64,000 bases of DNA from an uncultured Clostridium sp. (GTDB taxonomy: Bacteria; Bacillota; Clostridia; TANB77; CAG-508). The stretch spans positions 23,149 to 87,148 of the forward strand of contig CAKNKX010000003.1 of assembly GCA_930987745.1 (NCBI GenBank). Direction: 5' to 3'. This document shows positions 27,348 through 39,858 of the stretch, one piece after another (the stretch's first letter is position 1; each line of letters starts with the position of its first letter). A program made the translations under genes and the position numbers. The notes below the pieces were generated by a model, which ran no database searches, was not told where the DNA came from, and was given only the letters and a program-made list of their open reading frames with translations.

Positions 27348-28739
27348 ATGAAAGATTTATCAGTTAAAGATTTATTTAGGGAAACTAAGTCGTATGAAAA
27401 CAAGGAAATTGTTTTAGAAGGATGGGTAAGGACAGTTAGAGATTCAAAAAACTTCGGTTTTATAGAATTAAATGATGGTACTTTTTTTAAAAATGTCCAA
27501 ATTGTCTTTAATGATAAATTAAATAATTTTGATGAAATTCGTAAACTAACAATCAGTTCTTCAATAAAGGTAACAGGAACTTTAGTAATTACAGAAAATG
27601 CAAAACAACCTTTTGAAATACAAGCAAGTAAAATAGAAATTGAAAATTTATCAGATAGTTCATATCCTCTTCAAAAGAAAAGACATTCTTTTGAATATTT
27701 AAGAACTATTGCACATTTAAGACCAAGAACAAATACATTTAGTGCAGTATTTCGTGTAAGAAGTGTTTTATCATATGCTATTCATAAATTTTTCCAAGAA
27801 AGAGGATTTGTTTATGTGCATACACCATTAATTACAGCAAGTGATGCTGAAGGTGCTGGAGAAATGTTTAATGTAAACTCTTTTGATTTAAACAATATTC
27901 CTAAAACAGAAGATGGAAATGTTGATTTTTCAAAAGATTTCTTTGGAAAACCTGCTCATTTAACAGTAAGTGGACAATTAAATGCTGAAACTTTTGCTGA
28001 AAGTTTTTGTAATGTATATACATTTGGTCCAACTTTTAGGGCTGAAGATTCTAATACTGTAAAACATGCAGCAGAATTTTGGATGATAGAACCAGAAATA
28101 TGTTTTGCAGATTTAAAAGATGATATGGACTTAGCAGAAGAAATGATTAAATATATTTTTAAATATGTTTTAGATAATTGTCCTGAAGAAATGGAATTCT
28201 TTAATCAATTTGTTGATAAGGGATTATTAGATAGATTAAACAATGTAATTAATTCAGATTTTGTAAGAATTAGTTATACTGATAGCATAAAAGAGCTAGA
28301 AAAACACAATGATGAATTTGAATACAAAGTGTCATGGGGTGTTGACCTTCAAACAGAACATGAAAGATATTTATGTGAAAAAATATTTAAAAAACCTGTT
28401 TTTGTAACAGACTATCCAAAAAATATTAAAGCATTTTATATGAAATTAAATGATGATGGAAAAACTGTTGCAGCAGCAGACCTTCTTGTTCCAGGTATCG
28501 GTGAAATAATTGGTGGTAGCCAAAGGGAAGAAAATTATGAAAAACTACTTTCTAGAATAAATGAATTAAATATGCCAATTGAAAATTACTCTTGGTATTT
28601 AGATTTAAGAAAATATGGTAGCTGTGTTCATTCTGGTTTCGGTCTTGGATTTGAAAGAGCTATTATGTATTTAACAGGTATGCAAAATATTCGTGATGTA
28701 ATACCATTCCCAAGGACACCAAAAAATTGTGAATTTTAA
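27348..28739 (+). CDS. asnS: Asparagine--tRNA ligase
   Basis: OB-fold N-domain plus class II core (FRAEDSNT..., [33 protein letters not shown]). Start placed at ATG 27348, after AGGGGG, rather than the track start 27270. Confidence 0.9.
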   Translation: MKDLSVKDLFRETKSYENKEIVLEGWVRTVRDSKNFGFIELNDGTFFKNVQIVFNDKLNNFDEIRKLTISSSIKVTGTLVITENAKQPFEIQASKIEIENLSDSSYPLQKKRHSFEYLRTIAHLRPRTNTFSAVFRVRSVLSYAIHKFFQERGFVYVHTPLITASDAEGAGEMFNVNSFDLNNIPKTEDGNVDFSKDFFGKPAHLTVSGQLNAETFAESFCNVYTFGPTFRAEDSNTVKHAAEFWMIEPEICFADLKDDMDLAEEMIKYIFKYVLDNCPEEMEFFNQFVDKGLLDRLNNVINSDFVRISYTDSIKELEKHNDEFEYKVSWGVDLQTEHERYLCEKIFKKPVFVTDYPKNIKAFYMKLNDDGKTVAAADLLVPGIGEIIGGSQREENYEKLLSRINELNMPIENYSWYLDLRKYGSCVHSGFGLGFERAIMYLTGMQNIRDVIPFPRTPKNCEF

Positions 28740-28748
28740 AATTATTTT

Positions 28749-28780
28749 ATCCCAGGTATATTTTACCTGGGATTTTTTTC
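28749..28780. terminator. Bidirectional hairpin terminator between asnS and adhE
   Basis: ATCCCAGGTA ... TACCTGGGAT followed by TTTTTTT. Confidence 0.7.
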
Positions 28781-28802
28781 TATTTATTTTTATTTACAAT
28801 AT

Positions 28803-31409
28803 TTATATTTCATTTCCATAATAGCTATCTAACAAAATTTGCTTTAATTCAGAAACTAATGGAACTCTTGGATTTGCAGTTGTACATTGGTCTTCAAATG
28901 CACGGTCTGCTAGCATATCTACTTTTGCCAAAAATTCTTGCTCATCTATTCCAGCTTCTTTAAATGATTTTGGAATGCCCATATGCTCATTTAATTCTTT
29001 TATTTTTTGGATTAAACTATTTATTCCCTCTTCTTTTGTATCTGCTTTTAATCCAACTTTTTTAGCTAATTCACAATATTTCTCATCTGCGATATAATAT
29101 TCATATTTAGGGAATGATACAAATTTTGTTGGCATTGTACTGTTATATTTAATCACATATGGTAGAAGAATTGCATTTATCCTTCCATGAGCCATATGAA
29201 ATTCTGCACCTAATTTATGTGCCAAAGAATGGTTTATTCCTAAAAATGCGTTTGTAAATGCCATTCCTGCAATTGTACTTGCGTTATGCATTTTTTCTCT
29301 AGCTTCTTTATCACTACCATTATCATATGCTTTTTCTAAGTATTTAAGTACTAACTCAACTGCTTTTTCAGCTAAACCATCAGTATAATCTGATGCCATA
29401 TTTGATACATATGCCTCAATTGCGTGTGTTAAAACATCCATACCTGTATCTGCTGTAACAGTTTTTGGAAGACTCATTACTAAATCTGGGTCTACTATTG
29501 CAACATCTGGTGTTAATTCATAATCTGCTAGAGGATATTTTTTATTCAATTTTTTATCTGTTATAACTGCAAAAGATGTAACTTCTGAACCTGTACCTGA
29601 AGTTGTTGGAATTGCTACCATTTTGCATTTTGTTCCTAGTTTTGGAAATTTATATGTACGTTTTCTAATATCCATAAACTTTAATTTTAATCCCTCTGGG
29701 TCTGCATCTGGGTGTTCATAAAATAGCCACATACCTTTTGCAGCATCTATCGGACTTCCTCCGCCTAATGCAATAATTACATCTGGTTTAAAGTTTTGCA
29801 TTACTTCTACACCTTTTTTTATTGTATCAAAAGAAGGGTCTGATTCCACTTCACTAAATATCTCAGAATGTACATAATGTTGTCTTTTTCTTAAATGATA
29901 TAAAATTTTATCTACATATCCTAATTTTATCATTGATTCATCTGTTACTATAAATGCTCTTTCTATATCTGGCATTTTCTCTAAATATTGAATTGAACCT
30001 GCTTCAAAATATATTTTTTCAGGTACTTTAAACCATTGCATATTAACCCTCCTCTTACTAGTTCTTTTTATATTTATAAGATTTACTGATGAAACATTTG
30101 CTGTTGTTGAATTTCCACCAAATGAGCCACAACCAAGTGTAAGTGATGGCATATTTGTGTTATATATATCTCCTATTGCTCCATGTGTTGATGGAGAATT
30201 AACTATAATTCTTCCTGCTTTCATCGTTTTTGAAAATCTCAAAATTGTTTCTTTATTTTCAGAGTGGATTACTGCTGAATGTCCAAGTCCGCCAAATTCT
30301 AGTAATCTTTCAGATTTTTCAATTCCTTCATCTTCATTTTCTACTATATAATATGTAAGTACTGGACTTAGCTTTTCTTTTGAAAATGGGAAGTCACTTC
30401 CAATTCCTTCTTCATATACTACTAATACTTTTGTATCTTCTGGTACTTCAAATCCAGCCTCTTTTGCTATAGTATATGGTGATTGTCCTGGCACATGTGA
30501 TTTTAATTTATATCCATATTCTTCTGTCTTTTCAAACATACTATCTTGTAACTTTTTCTTTTCTTCTTCATTTACAAAATAAGAACCCGCTTTTTTCATT
30601 AATTCTTCAAATTCTTCGTGTATTTCTCTATCAACTAATACAGCTTGCTCTGAAGCACAAATCATTCCATTATCAAATGCTTTTGACATTACTAGGTCAT
30701 TTACTGATGTTTTTAATTTAGCAGTTTTATCAATATAGCAAGGAACATTTCCAGGTCCTACTCCTAATGCTGGCTTTCCACAAGAGTATGCAGATTTTAC
30801 CATTCCTGTTCCTCCTGTTGCTAAAATCAAATTAACATCTGGATGATTCATAAGCATTCTAGTTGCTGTTATTGATGGCTCTTCTATCCATAATATACAA
30901 TTTTCTGGTGCACCTGCCTTTATTGCTGCATCTCTTAAAATCTCAGCAGCTCTACTACTACATTTTTGTGCTGATGGATGAAATCCAAAAATTATTACAT
31001 TTCTTGTTTTAGCAGCTATTATTGATTTAAACATTGTTGTTGAAGTAGGGTTTGTAACAGGTGTAACACCTGCAATAATTCCTACTGGCTCTGCTATTTC
31101 TGAATAACCTTCTTCTTCATTTTTATTTATTACTCCAACTGTTTTTTCATATTTTATACTATGATATACATATTCTGTTGCAAACATATTCTTTGTTATT
31201 TTATCTTCATAAATTCCTCTTTTAGTTTCTTCTACAGCCATTTTTGCAAGTTCCATATGATGTTCTAATCCTGCCATAGACATTGCTTTTGTTATATTGT
31301 CTACCTGTTCTTGATTAAGTTTTAAATATTCTTTTGATGCAATTTTAGCTTTTTCTACTAACTCATCTATCATTTGTTTTATCTTTATTTCTTCAGCACT
31401 CATTTCCAT
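28803..31409 (-). CDS. adhE: Bifunctional acetaldehyde-CoA / alcohol dehydrogenase
   Basis: 868 aa. N-terminal aldehyde dehydrogenase domain plus a C-terminal iron-type ADH domain ([22 protein letters not shown]). Confidence 0.95.
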   Translation of the reverse strand: MEMSAEEIKIKQMIDELVEKAKIASKEYLKLNQEQVDNITKAMSMAGLEHHMELAKMAVEETKRGIYEDKITKNMFATEYVYHSIKYEKTVGVINKNEEEGYSEIAEPVGIIAGVTPVTNPTSTTMFKSIIAAKTRNVIIFGFHPSAQKCSSRAAEILRDAAIKAGAPENCILWIEEPSITATRMLMNHPDVNLILATGGTGMVKSAYSCGKPALGVGPGNVPCYIDKTAKLKTSVNDLVMSKAFDNGMICASEQAVLVDREIHEEFEELMKKAGSYFVNEEEKKKLQDSMFEKTEEYGYKLKSHVPGQSPYTIAKEAGFEVPEDTKVLVVYEEGIGSDFPFSKEKLSPVLTYYIVENEDEGIEKSERLLEFGGLGHSAVIHSENKETILRFSKTMKAGRIIVNSPSTHGAIGDIYNTNMPSLTLGCGSFGGNSTTANVSSVNLINIKRTSKRRVNMQWFKVPEKIYFEAGSIQYLEKMPDIERAFIVTDESMIKLGYVDKILYHLRKRQHYVHSEIFSEVESDPSFDTIKKGVEVMQNFKPDVIIALGGGSPIDAAKGMWLFYEHPDADPEGLKLKFMDIRKRTYKFPKLGTKCKMVAIPTTSGTGSEVTSFAVITDKKLNKKYPLADYELTPDVAIVDPDLVMSLPKTVTADTGMDVLTHAIEAYVSNMASDYTDGLAEKAVELVLKYLEKAYDNGSDKEAREKMHNASTIAGMAFTNAFLGINHSLAHKLGAEFHMAHGRINAILLPYVIKYNSTMPTKFVSFPKYEYYIADEKYCELAKKVGLKADTKEEGINSLIQKIKELNEHMGIPKSFKEAGIDEQEFLAKVDMLADRAFEDQCTTANPRVPLVSELKQILLDSYYGNEI

Positions 31410-31581
31410 AATATAATCTCCTTTCTTATCTTAGGTTTTCTAAAAACAACTTTATTATATATCCCAATTTTTGTCAAGAAGATTTTTGTCTTTTTTAAAC
31501 ACTATTTTTGTCGAACTAGATAATCTGTTATAATTATTTATTAAAAAACATAAAAAGAAGAAGCTTTATATCACTTCTTCT

Positions 31582-32526
31582 TTATTTGTATAAATAATTT
31601 TGTGGATTTACGTGTTCTCCATTAATTCTAATTTCAAAATGTAGATGTGGTCCTGTTGAATTTCCTGTTGAACCAACTAGAGCAATTACATCTCCTGCTT
31701 TTACCTCTTGACCAACTGTTACATACATTTTACTAGTATGAGCATACCAAGTTTCTACACCATTACCATGATTTACTTTTACTAAATATCCATATGAGCC
31801 ATTATATCTTGCAAAAGTAACTGTACCATCTGCTACAACTTTAATTGGTGTACCTTTAGTTGCTGCAATATCTAAACCTGTATGTCTTGAACTTCTTATA
31901 CTACTACTAACACCATATCTTGATGTTATAGTTCCTGTTATCGGTGCCGTTGCTAGTTTTATGCCATTTACATCTGGCATATTTTTTATTCTTTCTTCCT
32001 CTTCTTTTCTTGCTTTTTCTTCTTCAATTGCAGTGTCAACTTTTGAATTTAAATTAACCCTTGCAATCTCAATTGTACTTGTTTCAACTTTTTCTTCTGT
32101 ATATTTTTCTGTAACTGTTAGATTAATGTTATTTTGTTCTAATTCTTCTTGCTTGTTTTCTTTTATTTCATTTATTAACTCTTCTGCATCTTCAATTGTA
32201 CTAACTGTATCTATTACACTTTCATTTAATGCAATTTCATAATATTTATATGTTACTATCATATCTTTAGTTATTGCACTTGCAACTTCTTCCTCATTTG
32301 TTTCAATTGTTCTATTTACAAGTTTTAACTCATATTCTGGCTCTATAGTTATTTTTACTGAATCCACATTTTCATTATTTTCATTTATTGTTTGTTTAAC
32401 ATTATCTTCTAATTCAGTTTTGCTTTCAATATATCCTACTTCTTCACCAGATATGCTTACCTGATAGATTGGTTTAAATTTTATAAATATTATCGCGGAA
32501 ATAATACCTAAAGCTATCAAGCTCAT
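31582..32526 (-). CDS. M23 family peptidoglycan metalloendopeptidase (membrane anchored)
   Basis: HTGLDIAATKGTPI ... GNSTGPHLHFEIRINGEHVNP (HxxxD and HxH motifs), with an N-terminal TM segment. Confidence 0.85.
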   Translation of the reverse strand: MSLIALGIISAIIFIKFKPIYQVSISGEEVGYIESKTELEDNVKQTINENNENVDSVKITIEPEYELKLVNRTIETNEEEVASAITKDMIVTYKYYEIALNESVIDTVSTIEDAEELINEIKENKQEELEQNNINLTVTEKYTEEKVETSTIEIARVNLNSKVDTAIEEEKARKEEEERIKNMPDVNGIKLATAPITGTITSRYGVSSSIRSSRHTGLDIAATKGTPIKVVADGTVTFARYNGSYGYLVKVNHGNGVETWYAHTSKMYVTVGQEVKAGDVIALVGSTGNSTGPHLHFEIRINGEHVNPQNYLYK

Positions 32527-32922
32527 GTTAAAATACTTTAAAATTTCTTTTGTATAGTATTTGAGCCTTGGTTTTAAAATATAACTTCACTCTCCTTATT
32601 TCTGTTTTTTTCTAACGCGACTTTATTATTATACTATATATTCTGCTCAAAATCAAATTATGTATACAAAATTCTACTTAATTTTTGTTTTTTTGACATA
32701 ATTAGGTGTCCAAAAATGGCATATTTTACTATTTTTACTCTTTTTTTCTCTATTTTACTCGTTTTTTCTCGCTTTTTCTTATGCATTCATTTTCAAAACA
32801 AATATCTATATAGATATTCTGCTTTGTTTTTAACTTATAAGTTTCATTTGTATATTTGGTTTCTGTAAATTTAAACTATAAAATGCTATATTAATGACTG
32901 TAAGAATAGGAAGGTGATAAAT

Positions 32923-33279
32923 ATGGCTATCGATTATACAGTAATCGGGCAAAGAATTAAACAAGCAAGATTAGCAAAAAACTTAACTCAAGAAGATTTA
33001 GCAGAAAAAATTGATATTTCTGTTGCATTTTTAAGTAGAGTTGAAAGAGGAAATTCTCATATAAATTTAAAAAGATTAAATCAAATATGTGGATTATTAG
33101 ACGTATCTGAAGGATATATCTTAAATGGTGCTTCTAGTAATTCTAATTATTATTTAGATAAAGAATTTGCAGAATTAATAAAAGGATGTTCTCCTGAAAA
33201 GCAAAAGTTAATATATAATGTAGCTAAAGCAATAGCAGATTCAGATATAGATGAGGAAGAAGATAGAGGAAGATTTTAA
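32923..33279 (+). CDS. XRE-family helix-turn-helix transcriptional regulator
   Basis: IGQRIKQARLAKNLTQEDLAEKIDISVAFLSRVERG. ATG 32923 follows AGGAAGGTG. Confidence 0.8.
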   Translation: MAIDYTVIGQRIKQARLAKNLTQEDLAEKIDISVAFLSRVERGNSHINLKRLNQICGLLDVSEGYILNGASSNSNYYLDKEFAELIKGCSPEKQKLIYNVAKAIADSDIDEEEDRGRF

Positions 33280-33454
33280 AGAGTATTTTTATATACTCTT
33301 TTTTTGTTGCTTTTGCAACAGCATTATTTAAAAAATATTTATAATATTAAATAAGAAAATATAATATTTTAATTGATTAATTTTTTTACCTATGTTATTA
33401 TATTATATGGCAAATTTGTAAATACTATAATTAGAAAATGTTAGGAGGTTTTTT

Positions 33455-35692
33455 ATGAAATTTGAACAATGGAAAGGATTTGAACAAGGAGATTGGCAAT
33501 CAGAAATAAATGTAAGAGATTTTATACAACACAATTATACACCTTATGAGGGAGATTCTAGCTTTTTAGCTGGACCTACTGAAAAAACAAAAAAATTATG
33601 GGATGAAGTTTTAGATTTATACAAAAAAGAACATGATTCAAAAGGTGGAGTCTTAGATATAGATACAAAAACAATATCTACAATTATAGCTCATGATGCT
33701 GGATATATTGATAAAGATTTAGAAGATATAGTTGGACTTCAAACAGACAAGCCTTTAAGAAGAGCTATTATGCCATTTGGTGGTATAAGGATAGTAGAAA
33801 AAGCTTGTGAAGCATATGACAGAAAAGTAGATGAAGAAGTTGAAAACATATTCCACAAATACAGAAAAACACACAATGATGGAGTATTTAGTGTATATAC
33901 ACCAGATATTAGAGCAGCTAGAAGTTCACATTTAATCACAGGACTTCCAGATGGATATGGTCGTGGAAGAATTATAGGTGATTATAGAAGAGTTGCTCTA
34001 TATGGTATTGATAGTTTAATTGATGAAAAGAAACAAGAATTGGATGTATTAAATACTGATGAATTAACAGAAGAAGTAATTCGTTCAAGAGAAGAAATCA
34101 GTGAACAAATCTCAGCACTAAATGAATTAAAACAAATGTCCCAAAAATATGGATTTGATATATCAAAACCAGCTCAAAATGCTAAAGAAGCTGTTCAATG
34201 GCTTTACTTTGGATATTTAGGAGCTATAAAATCACAAGATGGTGCTGCAATGAGTTTAGGAAGAACTTCAACTTTCTTAGATATATATTTTGAAAGAGAT
34301 TTAAAAAATGGAGTTCTAACAGAAGAAGAAGCTCAAGAAATTATGGACCACTTTGTTATGAAATTAAGATTAGTTCGTTTTTTAAGAACACCTGAATATA
34401 ACGAATTATTTAGTGGTGACCCAGTATGGGTAACAGAAAGTATTGGTGGTATGGGAATTGACGGAAGAACATTAGTTACTAAGAACTCTTTTAGATTACT
34501 TCATACTTTAGAAAACTTAGGACCTGCGCCAGAACCAAACATGACAGTTCTATGGTCTACAAGACTTCCAGAAGGATTTAAAAAATATACAACTGGTCTA
34601 TCAATAAAAACATCTTCTATTCAATATGAAAATGATGACTTAATGAGAATTACTTTAGGAGATGATTATGGTATTGCTTGTTGTGTTTCTCCTATGAAAA
34701 TAGGTAAACAAATGCAATTCTTTGGTGCAAGAGCAAACCTTGCAAAAACTCTACTTTATGCAATTAATGGTGGTAGAGATGAAGTTTCAGGAAAACAAAT
34801 TACACCAAAATACGCACCAATCACTTCAGAATATTTAGATTATGATGAAGTTATGGAAAAATTCAATCAAATGATGGATTATGTAGCAAAAATATATATT
34901 AAAGCATTAAATGCAATTCACTATATGCATGATAAATATTGCTATGAAGCAATAGAGATGGCATTACATGACCGTGAAATTCTTCGTACAATGGCTTGTG
35001 GTATTGCAGGTCTATCAGTTGTAGCAGACTCATTATCTGCAATAAAATATGCTAAAGTAAAAGTAATAAGAGATGAAACAGGACTTGCTATTGATTATAA
35101 AGTCGAAGGAGATTTCCCTAAATTCGGAAACGATGACGAAAGAGTTGACCAAATAGCAGTAGATATTACTAAAAACTTTATGAATAAATTAAGAAAACAT
35201 CAAACTTATAGAAATTCAAAACATACATTGTCTATTTTAACAATCACTTCAAATGTAGTGTATGGAAAAGCTACAGGAAATACTCCAGATGGAAGAAGAG
35301 CTGGAGAACCATTTGGACCTGGTGCTAACCCACTTCATGGAAGAGATACAAACGGAGCATTAGCTGTAATGAACTCTATTGCAAAACTTCCATTTGATAG
35401 TGCAGAGGATGGAATTTCATATACATTCTCAATCACACCAGGAACTTTAGGAAAAACAGAAGATCAAAGAGTAGAAAACTTAATAAATATGCTTGACGGA
35501 TATTTTAAACAAACAGGTCATCATATAAATGTCAATGTATTTGATAGAAGTTTATTAGAAGATGCTATGGAACATCCAGAAAACTATCCACAACTTACAA
35601 TTCGTGTTTCTGGATATGCAGTTCACTTCACAAAATTAACAAGAGAACAACAATTAGATGTAATCCATAGAACAATTCACGAAAGAATTTAA
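33455..35692 (+). CDS. pflB: Formate C-acetyltransferase (pyruvate formate-lyase)
   Basis: 745 aa. Active-site GIACCVSPM and the glycyl-radical motif [11 protein letters not shown]. Confidence 0.95.
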   Translation: MKFEQWKGFEQGDWQSEINVRDFIQHNYTPYEGDSSFLAGPTEKTKKLWDEVLDLYKKEHDSKGGVLDIDTKTISTIIAHDAGYIDKDLEDIVGLQTDKPLRRAIMPFGGIRIVEKACEAYDRKVDEEVENIFHKYRKTHNDGVFSVYTPDIRAARSSHLITGLPDGYGRGRIIGDYRRVALYGIDSLIDEKKQELDVLNTDELTEEVIRSREEISEQISALNELKQMSQKYGFDISKPAQNAKEAVQWLYFGYLGAIKSQDGAAMSLGRTSTFLDIYFERDLKNGVLTEEEAQEIMDHFVMKLRLVRFLRTPEYNELFSGDPVWVTESIGGMGIDGRTLVTKNSFRLLHTLENLGPAPEPNMTVLWSTRLPEGFKKYTTGLSIKTSSIQYENDDLMRITLGDDYGIACCVSPMKIGKQMQFFGARANLAKTLLYAINGGRDEVSGKQITPKYAPITSEYLDYDEVMEKFNQMMDYVAKIYIKALNAIHYMHDKYCYEAIEMALHDREILRTMACGIAGLSVVADSLSAIKYAKVKVIRDETGLAIDYKVEGDFPKFGNDDERVDQIAVDITKNFMNKLRKHQTYRNSKHTLSILTITSNVVYGKATGNTPDGRRAGEPFGPGANPLHGRDTNGALAVMNSIAKLPFDSAEDGISYTFSITPGTLGKTEDQRVENLINMLDGYFKQTGHHINVNVFDRSLLEDAMEHPENYPQLTIRVSGYAVHFTKLTREQQLDVIHRTIHERI

Positions 35693-35727
35693 TTTAAAAA
35701 TAACCTTAATAAATTAGGAGCAATAAG

Positions 35728-36462
35728 ATGGAAAAAGAAAAAGATTTACAATATTATGCTAAAGTTCACTCTTTCGAATCATTTGGGGCTGTAGATGGAC
35801 CTGGAATTAGATTTGTTATCTTTTTACAAGGATGCCATTTAGAATGTAAATACTGCCATAACAGAGACACTTGGGATATAAATAGTGGTAAATATGAATC
35901 TTTAGATGAAATTTTTACTAAAGTTATAAGATATAAAAACTATATCTGTCCTAATGGAGGAGTTACTGTAACAGGTGGTGAACCTTTATTACAAGTAAAA
36001 TTTCTAGTAGAATTATTCAAAAAGTTAAAAGAAGAAAATATTCATACTTGTATTGATACTTCAGGTATGGTTACAATTACTGATGATATAAAAGAGCTTT
36101 TATCATATACTGATTTAGTTTTATTAGATATTAAACACATTGATGATAACAAATGTAGAGATTTAGTTGGAAAATCAAATAAATTAGAACTCGAATTTGC
36201 AAAATATTTAAGTGACAATAATATAAAAATGTGGATTAGACAAGTTATTGTCCCAGGATATACTGATAATAAAGAAGATTTATTAAAATTAAAAGATTTT
36301 ATTGGTTCTCTTAAAACTGTAGAAAAAGTAGAACTTTTGCCTTATCATAATATTGGAGAATTTAAATGGAAAAAGCTTGGCTTAAAATATCCTTTAGAAG
36401 GTATAAGACAAGCAACTGATGAAGATATTAAAAAAGCTAAAGAAATTTTAGGAATAAAATAA
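35728..36462 (+). CDS. pflA: Pyruvate formate-lyase activating enzyme (radical SAM)
   Basis: GPGIRFVIFLQGCHLECKYCHNRDTW (CxxxCxxC cluster motif). Located directly after pflB. Confidence 0.92.
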   Translation: MEKEKDLQYYAKVHSFESFGAVDGPGIRFVIFLQGCHLECKYCHNRDTWDINSGKYESLDEIFTKVIRYKNYICPNGGVTVTGGEPLLQVKFLVELFKKLKEENIHTCIDTSGMVTITDDIKELLSYTDLVLLDIKHIDDNKCRDLVGKSNKLELEFAKYLSDNNIKMWIRQVIVPGYTDNKEDLLKLKDFIGSLKTVEKVELLPYHNIGEFKWKKLGLKYPLEGIRQATDEDIKKAKEILGIK

Positions 36463-36465
36463 TAT

Positions 36466-36512
36466 GAAAACACTTAGAAATATTTTAAGTATAATATTTC
36501 TAAGTGTTTTTT
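36466..36512. terminator. Bidirectional terminator between pflA and cadA
   Basis: 17-18 bp perfect stem GAAAACACTTAGAAATAT / ATATTTCTAAGTGTTTT, flanked by A and T runs. Confidence 0.75.
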
Positions 36513-36513
36513 G

Positions 36514-38358
36514 TCATTTATTTTTTACTCTTAATGCTCTTAGAGAATTTATTATTGCTAAAACAGATACTCCTACATCTGCAAATACTGCTTCCCACAT
36601 AGTACCTATACCAAATGCTGTTAATATTAAAACTAAAATTTTAACTGTTATTGCAAATATAATGTTTTGTTTTACAATGCTCATTGTTTTCTTAGAAATC
36701 TTAATTGCTGTTCCTAGTTTAGATGGCTCATCTGTCATAATAACTATGTCTGCTGCTTCTATTGCGCTATCAGAACCAAGTCCTCCCATTGCAATTCCTA
36801 TATCTGAAAGTGCTAGAACTGGTGCATCATTTATACCATCTCCTACAAATACCAATTTTCCTTTTTCTGATTTGTCTTTCATTAATTCTTCTACTTTTTT
36901 TACTTTTCCATCTGGCAATAACTCTGTATATACTTTATCTATCTTTAATTCTTTTGCAACTTTATTCCCTACTTCTTTTTTATCTCCTGTAAGTATTACA
37001 GTTTCTTTAATATTATTTTGTTTTAATTCTTTTATTGTTCTTGCAGAATCTTTTTTAATCTTATCTGCAATTAAAATGTATCCTACATATTTGTTATCAA
37101 TTGCAACATAAAGTATAGTACCTACATCATTACAAGGAGTATATTCTATATTTCTTTCTTCCATTAATTTGTCATTTCCAATTAATACTTCTTTTCCTTC
37201 TACTTTTGCTCTTACTCCTCTACCTGCTAATTCTTCAACATTTGAAATTATATTTTCCTCTATTTCTTTATTATATGCTTTTTTTAAAGATACTGAAATT
37301 GGATGATTTGAATTACTTTCTGCATAAGTTGCATATCTTAGTAATTCATCTTTAGATATTCCAACTGGCTCTACTTTTTGTACTTCAAAAACACCTTCTG
37401 TTAATGTCCCTGTTTTATCAAAAATAACTATTTCTGTATTTGATAATGCTTCTAAATAGTTACTTCCTTTAACTAAAATACCTACTTTAGATGCTCCACC
37501 TATTCCTCCAAAAAATCCTAAAGGTATTGATATTACTAAAGCACATGGACAAGATACAACTAAAAATGTTAAAGCACGATAAAGCCACTCAGTAAATTCT
37601 CCAACATTTAGTATAAATGGTGGGATAATTGCAAGAAGTATTGCAATTATTACTACAATTGGAGTATAGTATTTAGCAAATTTAGTTATAAAGTTTTCTG
37701 ACTTTGATTTTTTACTGCTTGCATTTTCTACTAAATCTAATATTTTACTTACAGTAGATTCTCCAAATTCTTTTTCTACTTTTATTGTTAATAGCCCATT
37801 TTTATTAATACATCCACTTAAAATATTATCCCCAACATTTACTTCTCTTGGAAGTGATTCTCCTGTTAATGCTGATGTATCTAACATTGAATTTCCTTCT
37901 ACAACAGTTCCATCTAGAGGTACTTTTTCACCCGGTTTTACAACTATGTTTTCCCCAATTTTCACATCTTCTGGGGATACTTTTTCTATTTTCCCATTTC
38001 TTTTTACAAATGCTATATCTGGTCTTATATCCATTAAGTTTGCAATTGATTTTCTTGATTTATCTACTGCATAATCTTGGAATAATTCTCCTACTTGGTA
38101 AAATAGCATAACTGCAACAGCTTCTGGGAATTCTCCAATGGCAAATGCTCCAATAGTTGCTATTGCCATTAAGAAATGCTCATCAAGAACATTTCCTTTA
38201 AAAATATTTTTGATTGCCTTTAATACAATTTCTAATCCTACTATTAAATATGAAATTATATATAATGTTTTATTTATGAAATCATTTTCAAAAGGTATTA
38301 GTATTGCTATTAAAAACAAAACAAATGAAATTATTATTTGTATTAAATTTTTTTTCAT
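36514..38358 (-). CDS. cadA: Heavy-metal (Cd/Zn/Co-type) translocating P1B-type ATPase
   Basis: VSCPCALVISIP (CPC), DKTGTLT, TGDK and VGDGINDAP motifs. 614 aa with no N-terminal HMA domain. Confidence 0.85.
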   Translation of the reverse strand: MKKNLIQIIISFVLFLIAILIPFENDFINKTLYIISYLIVGLEIVLKAIKNIFKGNVLDEHFLMAIATIGAFAIGEFPEAVAVMLFYQVGELFQDYAVDKSRKSIANLMDIRPDIAFVKRNGKIEKVSPEDVKIGENIVVKPGEKVPLDGTVVEGNSMLDTSALTGESLPREVNVGDNILSGCINKNGLLTIKVEKEFGESTVSKILDLVENASSKKSKSENFITKFAKYYTPIVVIIAILLAIIPPFILNVGEFTEWLYRALTFLVVSCPCALVISIPLGFFGGIGGASKVGILVKGSNYLEALSNTEIVIFDKTGTLTEGVFEVQKVEPVGISKDELLRYATYAESNSNHPISVSLKKAYNKEIEENIISNVEELAGRGVRAKVEGKEVLIGNDKLMEERNIEYTPCNDVGTILYVAIDNKYVGYILIADKIKKDSARTIKELKQNNIKETVILTGDKKEVGNKVAKELKIDKVYTELLPDGKVKKVEELMKDKSEKGKLVFVGDGINDAPVLALSDIGIAMGGLGSDSAIEAADIVIMTDEPSKLGTAIKISKKTMSIVKQNIIFAITVKILVLILTAFGIGTMWEAVFADVGVSVLAIINSLRALRVKNK

Positions 38359-38367
38359 AACATCCTC

Positions 38368-38727
38368 CTATTTATGTTCTATGTGTTCAATTCCTAGTTC
38401 AAATAGACCTTTTACATGGTCATCATCTATTGTGTAATACACTTCTTTTCCTTGTTTTCTACATTTTACAATGCTCATTCTTCTTAAAGTCCCTAATTGA
38501 TGTGAGATAGATGATTTGCTCATTCCTAATACATTTGCAATATCACATACACACATTTCATTTTGGTCTAAAGCAAATAAAATCTTTGCTCTTGTTGTAT
38601 CACCTAAAATCTTAAAAAATTCTGCTAATTTATTAAATAAATCATCTTCTGGCATTTTACTTAATGTATCTTTTACAATATCATCATGGATTATATTACA
38701 ATCACATATAAATTCATTTTTTGACAT
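38368..38727 (-). CDS. cadC: ArsR/SmtB-family metalloregulator (CadC-like)
   Basis: FKILGDTTRAKILFALDQNEMCVCDIANVLGMSKSSISHQL. Start placed at ATG 38727, after AAGGAG. Confidence 0.8.
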   Translation of the reverse strand: MSKNEFICDCNIIHDDIVKDTLSKMPEDDLFNKLAEFFKILGDTTRAKILFALDQNEMCVCDIANVLGMSKSSISHQLGTLRRMSIVKCRKQGKEVYYTIDDDHVKGLFELGIEHIEHK

Positions 38728-38893
38728 ATGTTTTCTCCTTTCTAATTCATTATATGTATAAATAATTGAATAAGTACTCAACTGTTTTTTCTTTATTATA
38801 GTTGAATGTATATTCGATTGTCAATAGTTTTTTTTAATTTTTAAAATAAAAAAAGACTTAAGTATTTTAACTTAAATCTTTCTTTGTTATTTT

Positions 38894-39829
38894 CTACATT
38901 CCTAATAATTTTAACTCTACATTTTCCATTTTATATTTTCCATCTACTAATTTGAAATCTACTAAAGTATTTTCTAGTGTTTCTTCATTTTGTCTTAAAT
39001 CTGTTGTAAAATATAATTTTATTTGTGGAATTTCTAGTTCATTTTTTACTATTTCTTTAAAAGATTCTGCCATATGTTTTTCATCTTCACATATTAATAT
39101 TAATTGTGGCATACCAGCAAATCCTGAATCTCCTGGTAAAAAATTTTCATAAAACTCTTTATAAAGTCTCATTTTATCTACTAATTTCTTTTGCCAGTCG
39201 ATTTCTCTTCTTATAACTTCAAATAGGAATTCTATTGACTTTTTATTTTTTGTCAATTTTACTGAACCACCAGAAGCTTTAAATATCTTGCCTGAAACCT
39301 TAGCTGTTAGTGCTGGTTTTACAACATAACTATCAAAAGCTTTTACTTTTCTTAAATAAGCAATTAAAGTTTGGTTTCCTGCTAATCTTTTTTTAATCAT
39401 CGCAACTGGCTTTGTATTATCAGATGGTTGCCATTTACACTCAACTTCTTTAGAAGTTAATAAATATTTTCCCATTTTTTCTAGGCAATAAATTCTATAA
39501 ATTCCTTTTCCTTCGTCTGATGTAAAGTAATATCTTGTTAATATTTTTGATTTTACTAATTGTTCTAATTTATTATTTAATTTATCTTGTGATTTAGGGT
39601 CAAAACCTTTTATCTCTAGCATTTGGTATAATTGTCTTGATGTAATAAATTCAAACTCATTTACTAAATCCAATATTGCAAAATGGATTTCATTAATATG
39701 TCCTATATTTATCTTGTGTACAATTTGGTTCATAGAAACATATCCATCTTTTCCGTCAAATGTTTTTATTTCTCCTTCCCTAATTGCAAATGGTGATACC
39801 TTTGCTTTAATTTCATTATCATTAACCAT
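38894..39829 (-). CDS. Replication-relaxation family protein (plasmid-type; stray mobile-element gene)
   Basis: HFAILDLVNEFEFITSRQLYQML ... ILTRYYF is the typical wHTH start of the PF13814-type family. 311 aa. Confidence 0.5.
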   Translation of the reverse strand: MVNDNEIKAKVSPFAIREGEIKTFDGKDGYVSMNQIVHKINIGHINEIHFAILDLVNEFEFITSRQLYQMLEIKGFDPKSQDKLNNKLEQLVKSKILTRYYFTSDEGKGIYRIYCLEKMGKYLLTSKEVECKWQPSDNTKPVAMIKKRLAGNQTLIAYLRKVKAFDSYVVKPALTAKVSGKIFKASGGSVKLTKNKKSIEFLFEVIRREIDWQKKLVDKMRLYKEFYENFLPGDSGFAGMPQLILICEDEKHMAESFKEIVKNELEIPQIKLYFTTDLRQNEETLENTLVDFKLVDGKYKMENVELKLLGM

Positions 39830-39858
39830 TATTATTCCTCCTTTTAGCTATTTTTCTT

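Noticed and set aside
31410-31581. A Rex (redox repressor) operator upstream of adhE
   Set aside because: I looked for a TTGTGAA-N4-TTCACAA-like palindrome. Only weak half-site resemblance was found, which is not supportable.
36464-37111. A 215-aa plus-strand ORF, and many similar track ORFs (e.g. 4849..5382, 9217..9759, 12241..12741, 14610..15092, 13657..13980, 52172..52471)
   Set aside because: They lie antisense to, or out of frame with, well-supported genes. Their products are Leu/Phe/Ser/Ile-rich and low in complexity, as expected from the complement of AT-rich coding DNA, and they lack an SD.
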